NCBI RefSeq assembly: GCF_001194135.2 | Contig: NC_068984.1 | Span: 46,211,770 to 46,275,769 of the forward strand | Length of the DNA stretch: 64,000 nucleotides | Reading direction: 5' to 3' | From: Octopus bimaculoides | Taxonomy: Eukaryota | Shown here: positions 51,979-64,000 of the stretch, in pieces | Layout: the number at the start of each line of letters is the position of its first letter | Position numbering within the stretch: position 1 is the stretch's first letter | The notes under the pieces: generated by a model | Told to the model about the DNA's origin: nothing | Seen by the model: only the letters and a program-made list of their open reading frames with translations | Database searches by the model: none | Position numbers and translations under genes: made by a program

Positions 51979-52041
51979 GTCATTTCACTAAAGCCGTTGA
52001 AGTTCTTTAGTCATTTCACTAAAACCGTTCATGTTCTTTAG
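51979..52041. repeat. 31-bp tandem duplication, 2 copies
   Basis: GTCATTTCACTAAAGCCGTTGAAGTTCTTTA followed by GTCATTTCACTAAAACCGTTCATGTTCTTTA. Confidence 0.85.
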
Positions 52042-53228
52042 AAACGTATGAACAATATGACTCCTTTTAAGCGGGTAGCTTCTAAATCTCCATCGGATTA
52101 TACACGACAATCATAAATAAGGAAGGAAACATTTTGGATGTTGTAGTTATAGATACTTGTGCCGGAGAAATAGTTTTGTTACGGTTGAAATGCTTTTAAA
52201 CGAAATGGAAACTAAATCGGCGCTTATCGACTAAAATACAAATTAACAAAGCAAAGAAAAAGCACAATAAAAAATATCATGTAAGATACTTTGTATGTGT
52301 TTTGAGAAGGAATGTGGCTTTGCGTTTGGTTAATGTGTGTAATATCGGGGTTTCAATTCGTGGACCGAATGACAACTTTCAGACATTGCTGTTACAAATA
52401 AAAGCCGGATGCCGACGCAGCCTTTCCTCCTTCCATCTGTTACATTCTGCCTTTCCCACTAAGTCAAGGATGACAGTGCCGATGTCTATGTTACTATTTA
52501 ACTATATTGGTACTTAAATAAGTAGCGACTACATGGTATATGATATCAAGCCATATTCAGTCGCAAGTCAGGATCGATTGCAGTTTGTTCCATAAACGAA
52601 ACTGACAGCTTATATAAGAAGCGCTGAAGACGAGAAGCTAAACTCAAAAGTACATTTGAATCGAAACATGAATTCAATAACCCTTTGTGGTTATTTCACT
52701 TTATTTTATATTCTGTTTTTGCTCCTGGGAAAACATAAACGTTTCAGTTTCTATTAAACCATACGAGACAGAAAAAACATTAAATTTCAGGCTTTCCAGT
52801 CGACGCTTTCAGAAATATAATTTCATCTAGTAACCCAGATGCATTGCAACTTATGTCTTATATCTCTTTCAGAGTCAAAAAAGAAATTTAGTATCGAATT
52901 CAAAATTTTATTGAATGTTATATAGTTTGTCATCTATATACTATATACTGGCATGTTAATAATACTTCTACATAATGCTGAAATTTTATTGAATGCATAG
53001 AAATGGGATATGAGCTACAATATACGAAAAAGTAGCACGGATATTCCTGACTCTTTCTATTACAGTATTTCGTCGTTTATTTTAGCCAGTTACATTTGAA
53101 ATGATTATGTATATAGCAATATTACAAAGATGAGTACGATGATGATGATAATGACGAGGAAAACAACAATGATAAGAATAATAATGATTATAGATGTATA
53201 TTCATACGTGCGTACGTATGCGTGTGTG

Positions 53229-53259
<31 letters not shown>

Positions 53260-54445
53260 CACTGTAATTCTGTAACTTCTGCGTTATGCCTACATACCTA
53301 TGGTTAGGAAAAATCGAGAGAAAGAGATCATCTATGGCCTATTGAGAAGATGTTTGAAAATCCAGTTCACGAACTACACTTTCAGCATACTACCTATTAT
53401 TGTTGGAATAACAGGATACAAAAAAACTCGTCTGGTGCAAAGTGTCAGTGAATTTTGGAGCATTGGGAGAGAAGGCTAATATTTAGTTCCTACGTTACAA
53501 AAGATCACGATATCAGGAACTATAAGTATTTGCAAAATCTTCTGAAGATTTAACGGATGATGGTTGGAACAAGATGCATTGCTTTACAACCTTGCTACCA
53601 AGTACATGGCCGGTTAAAATTCATTCTAAATTAAAAAGAGGAAGAAAAAACACACACAAACACATACACACACTCTCATACACACACACTCATGCACACA
53701 TACACATACACATAAATTCCTTTATTAACACGGTTAATTCTGCTGCAACTCGTTAGAATTGATAATACTAAAATCCAGGATTTCTAACAGAATTTTATTG
53801 CCTTTTTAATTCAACTGAACACATGCTGAAAGAACGAAGGACTCTCTATATAGACCTTGCTATATAGACTCTCTATATAGCCCTTGCTATTCTCAAATCA
53901 GATCTTCGAAACGCTTATTGCATCATATAGTTGCTGTGTAGACTATACCTGTTTAAAATACGAAATGATTATAGCTTTGTAACCTTTCACAACTAGTCTC
54001 CTTAAGCCTGTAACACCTGGTTCAACAACGTCAAATATAACAATATTAGAACAAATTTTCGTCAATCTCCATTAACTATTGAAGTTAATACAGAAGCGAT
54101 CACAATCTTGGGCCCAAATTTCGTTCATAAGCATCAAATGTAACAACACATTATCATGCTAATGATGGTTATTTAAAAGGAATGCTCAATGTACTTTACA
54201 TCTTTGCACTTTGTTACTCTTTGTTTGTAATACGATACGGGTGTATAAATATTTACATATTAAAGAAGATAAACTTCGTAGTTGCTTTTCGGTGGAGCAT
54301 GCACAAGTAAAAGTTTCAAAGTAATTCAAAGAAATTGCTAACACACAAGCCCCTTAACACACGCACAAACACACACACACACACACACTCACACACACAC
54401 ACACACTCGTGTGTATGTGTGCATGCGTGTATGAGTGTATATATA

Positions 54446-54488
<43 letters not shown>

Positions 54489-54679
54489 GTGTGTGTATGC
54501 ATACATACATAATATATACATACAGACATAATACATATTCATAGCCGTTTCTTATACGATAAAATCGTAATATTTACTCAGATATCCCCATGAGACTAGT
54601 ATTTAGTTTTCTTATCCAGCCAACGCAAGACACGCAAATGCTTATAGAATCCCAATCATTCACGCACGCGCAAAAATAC

Positions 54680-54727
<48 letters not shown>

Positions 54728-56111
54728 AAAATCCCAGTTGCTTATAGACACTTCGTGATCAAATCAATTTGTGCTAGCTAGTCTTCCTTTCCAGATGCTA
54801 CTTTCCTGGGAGGTTTCTGATAGTTTTGAAAATATACTCACGTATATAGTGGCACTCACGGAAATACTCGCAACCACACGCACATCCTCATTCAAATGAA
54901 AGTTATTTCGTTAATTATGGCTTTTAGTGAACGTAAGATATGGTTATAGAAATGTTGGACTTGTCAGCAGTAGACTATTTTCATTGAAGATCTTAACCAT
55001 CTATTTTATGTAAAGATTCACATTAGAAGTATTAATTATTTCAATCTACATTTGTGATTTGAAATTTCTATCTGCAATTTCTTAACGTTAAAAGTAAGAA
55101 CATCTTCACAAAGATTTCCAAGTTATAACGGAATGCATTATGCATTGTTTTTAATGTGTGTATTTTCATTTTAAAAGATTATATATATATATATAACACG
55201 AACATACGTAAAACACTAACATAGTACATTTAAACAAACAATTAAGATTTCGCTTATACATGCACGCTTGCATGCACATATGCATACATGTGTGTGTGTA
55301 TGTGTGATTATATATATGTGTGTGTGTATGTGTGATTATATATATGTGTGTGTGTGTATACACACATAGACACAGACATATTGAAGGAACGCTTAAGACA
55401 GAAAAATCCCATTACTGTAGTTAGTCAAAGCACGCATCAATCTCTTATCGGGTAATCGTGCTACCGATTATAACCAAATATGTTCTGCCAAAACACTTTC
55501 CTTCTTTCTCTAAATATATGTGTGTACTTGTGTATGGATGTACGTATGTGTCTCAAACTACGCATATAAAAATAATATTGATTTCTCGCAATGGTATGAA
55601 GTTATAAATCTTTTCTAAAGAGTATTAACGCGGTTAAGTCGAATTTCGTACTTAGCTTCCAAATAATTTTAATGACCTCGGTAGTAAAAAAAATGTTGAA
55701 TTGACATTAGTCAAGATTGAACTTCGTATTTAAAGTAATGTAATGAAATACTGACAATCAATTTGTCTGTTCTTGTAGGGATCCTGCTGCCAATCTGGAT
55801 TTTATTATTATTTATTATAATGTTCTTTCGCTCAAGTGGAAGCGTTGTAGAATAGGGTAAATGAATTGTATTTACTATGAGAATTCGAAACATTTCGGGT
55901 TTCAGTTTACCAGTTGTCCCTGCATACTGTGTAATTAGAAGACTAGCAGTCAAATATTTTACTTGATTTAAACGTCTACTCTTCTCTCACCCGACTTAGT
56001 ATTTGTGGCCTTCTGTCGATGTTCGAAAAGAAATATCCTCCTCCTCCTCCTCCTCCTCCNNNNNNNNNNNNNNNNNNNNNNNNNNNNNNNNNNNNNNNNN
56101 NNNNNNNNNNN

Positions 56112-56181
<70 letters not shown>

Positions 56182-57671
56182 GCTTTATTATTGCGACGTT
56201 GTAATTAGCTGCAGTTGGATACATATCTCACACTATATGTAATAGTAAGTATGTGTTCTATTAATTCGAGAATATCGAAAAGCTATGGCTGCGATGGGTT
56301 TCAAATCCATATTATTCCAATGCAAATAATATTGATTCCTTGCATACGTACAACACCAGAAAATTTATAGGGAGAAATCAGTTGTCGGAATTGCTGCCAA
56401 TACTTGATGGTTACTTTATATCATAAAATCTGAAAAGATTACAAAATTTAGCAAAGGCTTTTTTCTTAGACACGCCACTGATTCTACCAATTCATGCACT
56501 TTAATATTGGACAAAAGGTCTTAAATTTGGAAGAAGCAAACGGTCAACTGAACTGACCCATGTATACGACTGGTACTTTATTCCATTGACGACAAAATGA
56601 CGAAAAGAGTAAACTGAGCATTTAGGATATAAGCCTCGAACGTATGAAAGCGAAACTAAATATCGCGTTCAAGGATCTACTGATTCTGTTAATTTGACGT
56701 CAATAATAGAGATTTCTAAAATAGCCAATGATTCTAACAGATTTCTGTTGCAGGATTTTAATCGATTTAATGGATCTTAGTTGAAGATTATCAATTTTTT
56801 TTCTCAAGAAATTAAAGTTGTATGGAAGTTTTGCTGAGACTCACAGTCATTTGACCAGACATATCCTTCAGACAAAATTGCACAAATTGATTTGTTTCGA
56901 GCAATATTTTGTTTTTCAGGGGTAGGCTTTCATATGTGTTTGTTATGCATTATTTAGTAAGACAATATGACAACTATTCCCGAAACAATCTATTCATGTC
57001 CGGTGTTATTTTACAATGACCAGTAACCATAAGACATCTCCTTCTCACCTACTTCAATCTACTCTAAGTTCATCTCTACTGTCTGTGTAACGCATCTGTT
57101 TATCACTATCTCGAATTTCGAGTTTTAATCAACACGTTGATCCGGTACTAGTAAACCGAGACACATTGGACAGATACAGATATCGATATCAATATATTTA
57201 TGCATGACTATATCGAAAATATATGATTACATATATACATACATAAGGTAAAGTCTTGAACTCGAATTCAAATTAAATGCAAGTCTAAGCGTGTGTTTGT
57301 ACACACACACACATATACACACACAAAAACACACACGTATATATATATGGAGAGAGAGAGAAACGGAGAGAGAGAGAAACGGAGAGAGAGGGAGAAACAG
57401 AGAGACAGAGGGGAAAAAAGAGATGCATACATAGATAAGCAGATAGAAGACAAAGAAATAGATACTGATATATATTATGTATGTATCATATATACACGCA
57501 CCGCCCCCTCACACACGCACACACACGCTCGCGCAAGTGCACGGAAGCACACACACACACACACATACACAAACACACACACACACACACATACACATGA
57601 TTACATGATTGTATTTAGAAATGAAAAGCTACATACATATACATACAGAAAAATACACGCACACACGCACG

Positions 57672-57703
<32 letters not shown>

Positions 57704-57725
57704 TACGCACGCACACACACACACA

Positions 57726-57769
<44 letters not shown>

Positions 57770-58162
57770 CACACACATATATACAATATATTATATACAT
57801 ATTATATATATATATGTGTATGTGCATCGAACACTGAGAATGGGTGCTGAAAACTATATTGGTCGCAAAATATTCCTTATTCGTGAGTTAACAAGGCTAA
57901 CATTATTTTCACGCCGAGAGATTTCGCAGCAATTATCAAGCCTGCCACATGGGACGCTAGAACTTCCCTTCATCTTGGATGAACTACCCGATACATGTGT
58001 TACACGATGCTGTACGGGATTTGGGGATAACAAAGTAACGAAATATACGGATCATTAGCGAAGGGGTATGTAGAACATGAATGTCTATGTGGTCTGATAG
58101 CCGAGTCCAGTAGACTAGCTTTCTGTGATAATCATACGATTCTCTGCTACAAATTTTATATG

Positions 58163-58279
<117 letters not shown>

Positions 58280-58289
58280 AACACTATGT

Positions 58290-58506
58290 GCCAACATAAT
58301 GTGGCAGTCCTGGTTAGGACGATTGTTACTGTTATTTAGCTTCAGGAAACGACAACTTCAGCTGGCTATCCAACACACTATCTGCATCCTTATATTTTCG
58401 AACAAGGACGCAGATATGTGTGTCGTATAGCCTGCTGGAGACGATGTTTCCTGGGGCTAGATAAGTGTAACAGTCGTCCTAACTAGGACTACCACATTAT
58501 GTTGGC
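58290..58506. mobile_element. Long palindromic element (~100-bp arms, minimal spacer)
   Basis: GCCAACATAATGTGGCAGTCCTGGTTAGGACGATTGTTAC... is complementary to ...GTAACAGTCGTCCTAACTAGGACTACCACATTATGTTGGC. Confidence 0.8.
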
Positions 58507-58620
58507 GACTAATTTTTACTCTCGAGTACTGTACTGAATGTTTCTCCTTCAGAGAATTAGAAATAATAATTTCCTATTTATTAGATGAGTGACTGTGTCT
58601 GTCATTTTTCAACAGCATAC

Positions 58621-58910
58621 ATTTCGAACAAGAGAGTTAGTGACGCCATCTCTAGCCGAGCAATTATTCGGTACTAATGAAGAGCAATAACCCAGAAACC
58701 ATAAGCACGCAGATATTGCTTTGAGCTGAGTGGGGATGCTAAACTCCCTTGTTCGAGAATAAAAGGACATAGTGTGTCGTATAGCCAGCTTGAGACGATG
58801 TTTCCTGAGACTAAATAACAGTAGCAGTCTTTCTAACCAGGACTGACACAATCTTTACTCTAGAGCACTGTTACTGAATGTTCCTCTTTCAGAGATTTAG
58901 AAATAATAAT
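58621..58910. mobile_element. Second, partial copy of the same palindromic family with intact centre
   Basis: 58763-58910 is a direct repeat of 58404-58570. Inner inverted repeats are 58621-58640 / 58739-58760 and AGCAAT/ATTGCT (58659-58664 / 58715-58720). The centre reads CTAATGA-AGAG-CAATAA-CCCA-GAAAC. Confidence 0.65.
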
Positions 58911-59083
58911 TATACATATATATANNNNNNNNNNNNNNNNNNNNNNNNNNNNNNNNNNNNNNNNNNNNNNNNNNNNNNNNNNNNNNNNNNNNNNNNNNNN
59001 NNNNNNNNNNNNNNNNNNNNNNNNNNNNNNNNNNNNATATATAATAGAATGTACCATGCTCGCTTTTTCATATTTCTCTTAAG

Positions 59084-59187
59084 GTACCTACGTAGTCATA
59101 TGCAGACATAGGCGCCACATTACTTCCTCCAACCTTCACAAGAAAAACATACAGGATATGACGAATGTTGGGCGAGGTTCCAACAAG
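59084..59187 (+). CDS. Candidate isolated internal coding exon (phase 1 to phase 0), product unknown
   Basis: Acceptor GCTTTTTCATATTTCTCTTAAG| and donor AAG|GTAAAT bound 104 nt at about 45% GC. One frame is open: xTYVVICRHRRHITSSNLHKKNIQDMTNVGRGSNK, where x is a codon split across the acceptor. No homology was recognised. Confidence 0.3.
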
Positions 59188-59333
59188 GTAAATACTTTCT
59201 TTATCGACCTCTAAATGATTAATGGCAAATTTGAACAGGAGAATGCATTGAATCAGAAGAAATATCACAACGCATTTTATCTGAAACTCTAATGACACTG
59301 CGGATCGATTTACTGATATGTATATGCATTATG

Positions 59334-59370
<37 letters not shown>

Positions 59371-59456
59371 GTACACATGCACACAAATTACCCATATAAT
59401 TTGATTATAACTTTTTTCTGTTTTTTCCTGAATACTATTTTCTTTATTGTACGTAA

Positions 59457-59500
<44 letters not shown>

Positions 59501-59510
59501 NNNNNNNNNN

Positions 59511-59550
<40 letters not shown>

Positions 59551-59621
59551 CGTGAGTGTTTATATGTATGTATACATATATATACATGCATACACACACG
59601 TATATTAATATGTACACGCAC

Positions 59622-59714
<93 letters not shown>

Positions 59715-61646
59715 CATGTGTACTCCATCGTATATACACTAATTATATACTGATAGTTTATTCCAATATATGCTTACAGCAGGCTCAGTCGTCATATGTT
59801 GCTAGAAACATAAAAAAGGAGGCGAGAGAGAGACAGAGAGAAAGAGAAAGAAAGAAAGAGAAAGAAACATAAAGAGATAGAGCAAGAACGATAAATTGAG
59901 ATAGTACAGAAAAAGAAAGACGTAAAGAGAAAGATTAGATATGTACACGACTATTATTTTAAGACACTTCACAAATCAATAATTAAATTTCATCAGCAGA
60001 CAGTAAAGAGCGAGATGGAAAATATCCTATAGCTAATATACCCTGATTGTAAAGTCTTGTCTGAAAGATCTCATCATTGTTCCCTTCGTTATATTGCCGA
60101 AAGTCGTTGGTTCAACCTTGAAATGTTGTAATTTTTACAAAACTTAAATAATACACGATATACTGATGACGTGAATTCATGAAATTCTAGACATTAATAG
60201 CAGAAATACAGGATAAATAGTTATAGAATTGCGTAAATGGATCTCCGTCAGTTTTGACGGTGAGTATGTAGTTGTTCGATGAACAGAACTACATGTTCAA
60301 TGAAACTGTACGTAATGTTGGAGTTCTTTCACGCCAAGTGAATTATTAACATAATCTTCAGACCAATTCAATGAAAGCGACTGTATGACAAGACCGGATG
60401 TTTTATATACAGGTGCTGTCTGTTCCACACATTTTCCGCCTACTCATTTTTTCTCACAAGGCTTGGATAAAAGCAGAACTGTGGTAAATGACCCAAATCC
60501 AAGATGTAAGGCAGGAGAATCTTGGTCATATGCTTGTTGCCATAGTGATGTGGTGATATATATTTTATGAGGCCACATAATTGCGACGCAATCTTCTTAA
60601 TCATTCAGACACACGTGCGCGCACACGCACGCACACACACAACGAATCTTTATAATTAATAATTTCAGTTAATTCCTCTCTCTTTTCATAATTATCCATT
60701 AATTTGAGATAACAATTATTTTGAAATAACAATTTACCTTAATTAAAATTTATTTTATAAATATAAATGAAGCAGTAACGAAATAAATATTTTTTTTATA
60801 ATTAGTGCAAAGCCAAGAATATGGCTGTTGTAACGCAGTGCATTCAAGCCACTATAAGCAGGCTTATAGAATAATGAAAGTGAATCCAATACGGGTAAGA
60901 CGTATAAGTCTCAAAATTTTCAGGTGTATGCGTTAGCACCGAAAGACATTTGTGTGTCTATCGACTTATCAGAAATAGGAACCGAATTCTTCTGAAATCA
61001 AATCCTATATTCTTAAAAATAAACGGGGAATGCAGTGAACAGTGCAGTCTTTGATAAACAACAAAGTGGGTTTGTGATACTTAGACTACGGGACATTTTA
61101 CTCAAAATTGCATGAAGCTAACTACTGTCAACAACTGATAGATTAGCAACCGAGAATTACATAAACCAGTGATTGATTTGAGGAAATCTGACTGATATTT
61201 CTTGTAAATCCAGTGGCCACTTAAAAGTTTGCTACTAGCTTGAGTTTATTGAGAGTTACAAACATTCTAGCAAAAAATGATCAGTTAACGTATTTACTGT
61301 GAGTATCGGAAGGAAGCGTAACATATAGACCTACCTGTTCAATGAAATAGCATGTAGTGTTTGACTTCTTTGATTTCAAAACAGACACTCCTATGGACTT
61401 CATTGAAGCAGTAAGCAGATTGCAAGCTCAATTCGTCCGATGGTGTTGAGCGGTAGATTCGACTAAGTCGTTCAAGTAGCGTATCATTGAATGTTTGCTT
61501 ATTCGTCGGAAAAGTGTTCTTTCAAAAGAATTCTATTTTGTTATGCATAGACGACATGGAAGGTAGTTACGATATCTCCCTACAAAAGTGGAAAGTATTC
61601 GAACCATTTAGTGTCTAATTCTTCTTCATTATTATAGTGAAGTAAA

Positions 61647-61842
61647 AGTAATGAGCTGGAAGAACCATGAACGCGCTGGGCAATACTGTTAGCCGCAGTT
61701 AATCTGTTTTTACCATCTGAGTTCAAATTCCACCGAGGTCGAATTCGCCTTACATAATTTCTGGGTCAATAAAAGATGTGATCTACGTAACTCCTTCCCC
61801 TAAAATTGCTGGTCTTGTGCTAAAATTTGAAACTATTATATA
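61647..61842 (+). mobile_element. SINE family B, diverged
   Basis: GAGCTGGAAGAACC...CTGAGTTCAAATTCCACCGAGGTCGAATTCGCCTT...GGTCTTGTGCTAAAATTTGAAACTATTAT. Confidence 0.75.
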
Positions 61843-62878
61843 TTACATATGTATTGTGTGTGTGTTATTATTGAAAACCCGGACCAACTTTGATAACAGA
61901 AAAATTATCAAAATATGTCCAAGCGTGCACGTCTCAACATATTTTTTTATTAATACGAACAGCAACATTACTCAGCGACACTTGCTTTGTTCTTTTTTTA
62001 ACTCGAATTCAGAATATTTCTATCAGACTTAAGACCAACGTATATTTCTTTGCAAGAACTGGTATTACACTTGCTCCTTTTTAAGACGCAATTTGTATAA
62101 GACAATGCTTCTTGATTTGAGCATCATTTGGCTGCTATTAAAAGCACCTTAACCAACAACACGGAGGCCGGATGATTGGTTCAATGTGATGTGGATGATG
62201 AAATATCTCAAATACGCTAAAAATAAAAATTGATTCTCTCTCAAATAAAACCTCAGTAACAGATTAGGATGGAGATAACTGCACCAAACCTGTCCTATTG
62301 GTTGTATTATACGTTTCAATGAAAAAAAAAATAGTATCGATAAAGAAGCAGGTTTTGAATTGGTAACTTTGATTGAAAGAACAAGATATTAAGATGCTTA
62401 CGTATAAACTGACGTTATATTCTTTTAACCATCTTCTACTTCTTAGTTTATGTAGGGGTGTTTGTTTAAGCATATGTGTGTGAATATGTATCACTGTGTA
62501 AGTGATCGTGTGTATGTATATATGTGTGACTGTGTGAGTGATTTTGTGTGTATGTGCGCGCGCGCGTATGTAGGGGAGACAGAGTGCGATGAATGTATTT
62601 ATAGAAACCATACTGTTAAATCAATAACAATGTTGCACGTTGATAACCTGTTGGATTAATTTCCACTCGGATATCGGACCGGTGAGCGTCCACATATTTG
62701 CATGCAGACATACATACATACATACATACATACATACATACATACATGCATACATGCATACATATACAGACACAGTAATTCACAATAAGGCCCGAAGGAC
62801 TTTTACAAATAATTACACAGACACATACAGGCACACACACACACAGGCACGCGCGCACACACACACACACATATATAC

Positions 62879-62980
<102 letters not shown>

Positions 62981-63799
62981 ACAAACAGACAGGCAGAAAA
63001 CAAACAGGAATGGTGTAATAGTATATTGTATGATTTCCGTATAGCAAATTCCACTCGCAAGGTATGGGTTAACTGAAGGGTATAATAGAAGACACTTGCC
63101 TAGTGTATGCTTACGTCTGTGTGTACGTGTGTGTGTATGTCTGTGTATGAAAGAGAGAGAGAGAGAGTGAGTGAAAGAGATTGCGTACGTATTTGCGCGT
63201 AAGCGTACTTGTGCGTAGATATAACCTAACAATTGTTTTCTTTTAATATTTGTTTCCTTACAATAAATACAGGTCCGAATAATACTGACGTATACCCAAT
63301 GCAGCACTGGCTTTTGATGTTGTTATGTGGGAAGCACCGTTGAAAGGGAGATATGTGGGAGGTGTTAAGAGTTAGATGGAGATTAAGACTGAATGACAAG
63401 ACAAGAGATAAATAACACAAATAAAGAAAAAAAAAAAAGAGAAGGCAAACATTATGGAAAACTGTATATAATAAACGAAGAGTGAAATGAGGGCAGATGT
63501 GAAACCGGAAAAAAAAATAATAAAATAAAAAAGGAGTAAAGAACAAATGTAAAGTTAAGACGAATTGAAAGGGAACAACTCGCTTTCTGATCGATATAAC
63601 GATTACACTTATACGCATCTATCGTCTGCTTTAATCATTCATTCACTCGGATTACACGTGGGATGTTATTACACGCATATAGTGTGCTACTAATCTGGAA
63701 ACGATGTAACAAGAGAAAACAGCATTTAAAGCAATGATGATAATAATAATGTTAATGATAATAATAACAAAGATACTAATAATAATACTAGTGCTAATA

Positions 63800-64000
63800 A
63801 TAATGATCCTTTGTACTTTAGACAGGCACAAGGCCTGAAATTTTGGGGGAAAGGACAAGTCGATTACATCGACACCAGTGTTTCACTGGTACTTGATTTA
63901 TAGACTCCGAGAGGATGAAAGGCAAAGTCGACATCTGCAGAATTTGAACTCAGAGCGTAAAGACAGCCAAACTGCCGCTGAAAATTTCATCCGGCGTGCT
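63800..64000 (-). mobile_element. SINE family B, runs off the window end; tail merges with degenerate (AAT)n at 63735-63805
   Basis: AGGCACAAGGCCTGAAATTTTGGGGG...AAAGGCAAAGTCGAC...GAATTTGAACTCAGAGCGTA...CCGGCGTGCT. Confidence 0.85.

Noticed and set aside
52624-52670. CTGAAGA-C-GAG...CTC-AAAA hammerhead candidate
   Set aside because: G12 is absent and there is no stem I complement; too decayed to support.
55779-55856. Possible exon with good splice sites (hydrophobic ILLPIWILLLLFIIMFF frame, or DPAANLDFIIIYYNVLSLKWKRCRI frame)
   Set aside because: The hydrophobic frame hits a stop before the donor and derives from a TTA-rich tract. The open frame is not phase-compatible with the 59084 candidate and has no homology.

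Overview
AT-rich eukaryotic DNA, mostly non-coding, dense in microsatellites ((AT)n, (CA)n, (GA)n, (TTC)n, (AAT)n, (TCA)n). Many short N gaps sit at those microsatellites. The repeat families (tRNA-derived SINEs with (ATT)n or (GAT)n tails, Penelope-like and mariner remnants) resemble ones I recall from octopus genomes; that assignment is inference and was not checked by search. No intact protein-coding gene is supportable. Nearly all listed ORFs are microsatellite or gap artefacts. The recognisable protein remnants are mariner transposase N-termini (223-325 +, 326-711 -), a Penelope-type GIY-YIG endonuclease (37155-37535 +) and possibly a decayed RTE reverse-transcriptase tail. One candidate host exon lies at 59084-59187. 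The most interesting signal is a set of hammerhead-ribozyme (HHR) motifs. One is nearly canonical (12157-12244) and four are decayed (about 3502-3590, 38048-38086, 58674-58710, 60163-60195). Three of the five are inside or overlapping inverted-repeat-bounded units, and one lies downstream of the Penelope endonuclease. Together they suggest small fold-back, HHR-carrying elements derived from or mobilised by Penelope-like retroelements. All structures were derived by hand and need computational and experimental confirmation.
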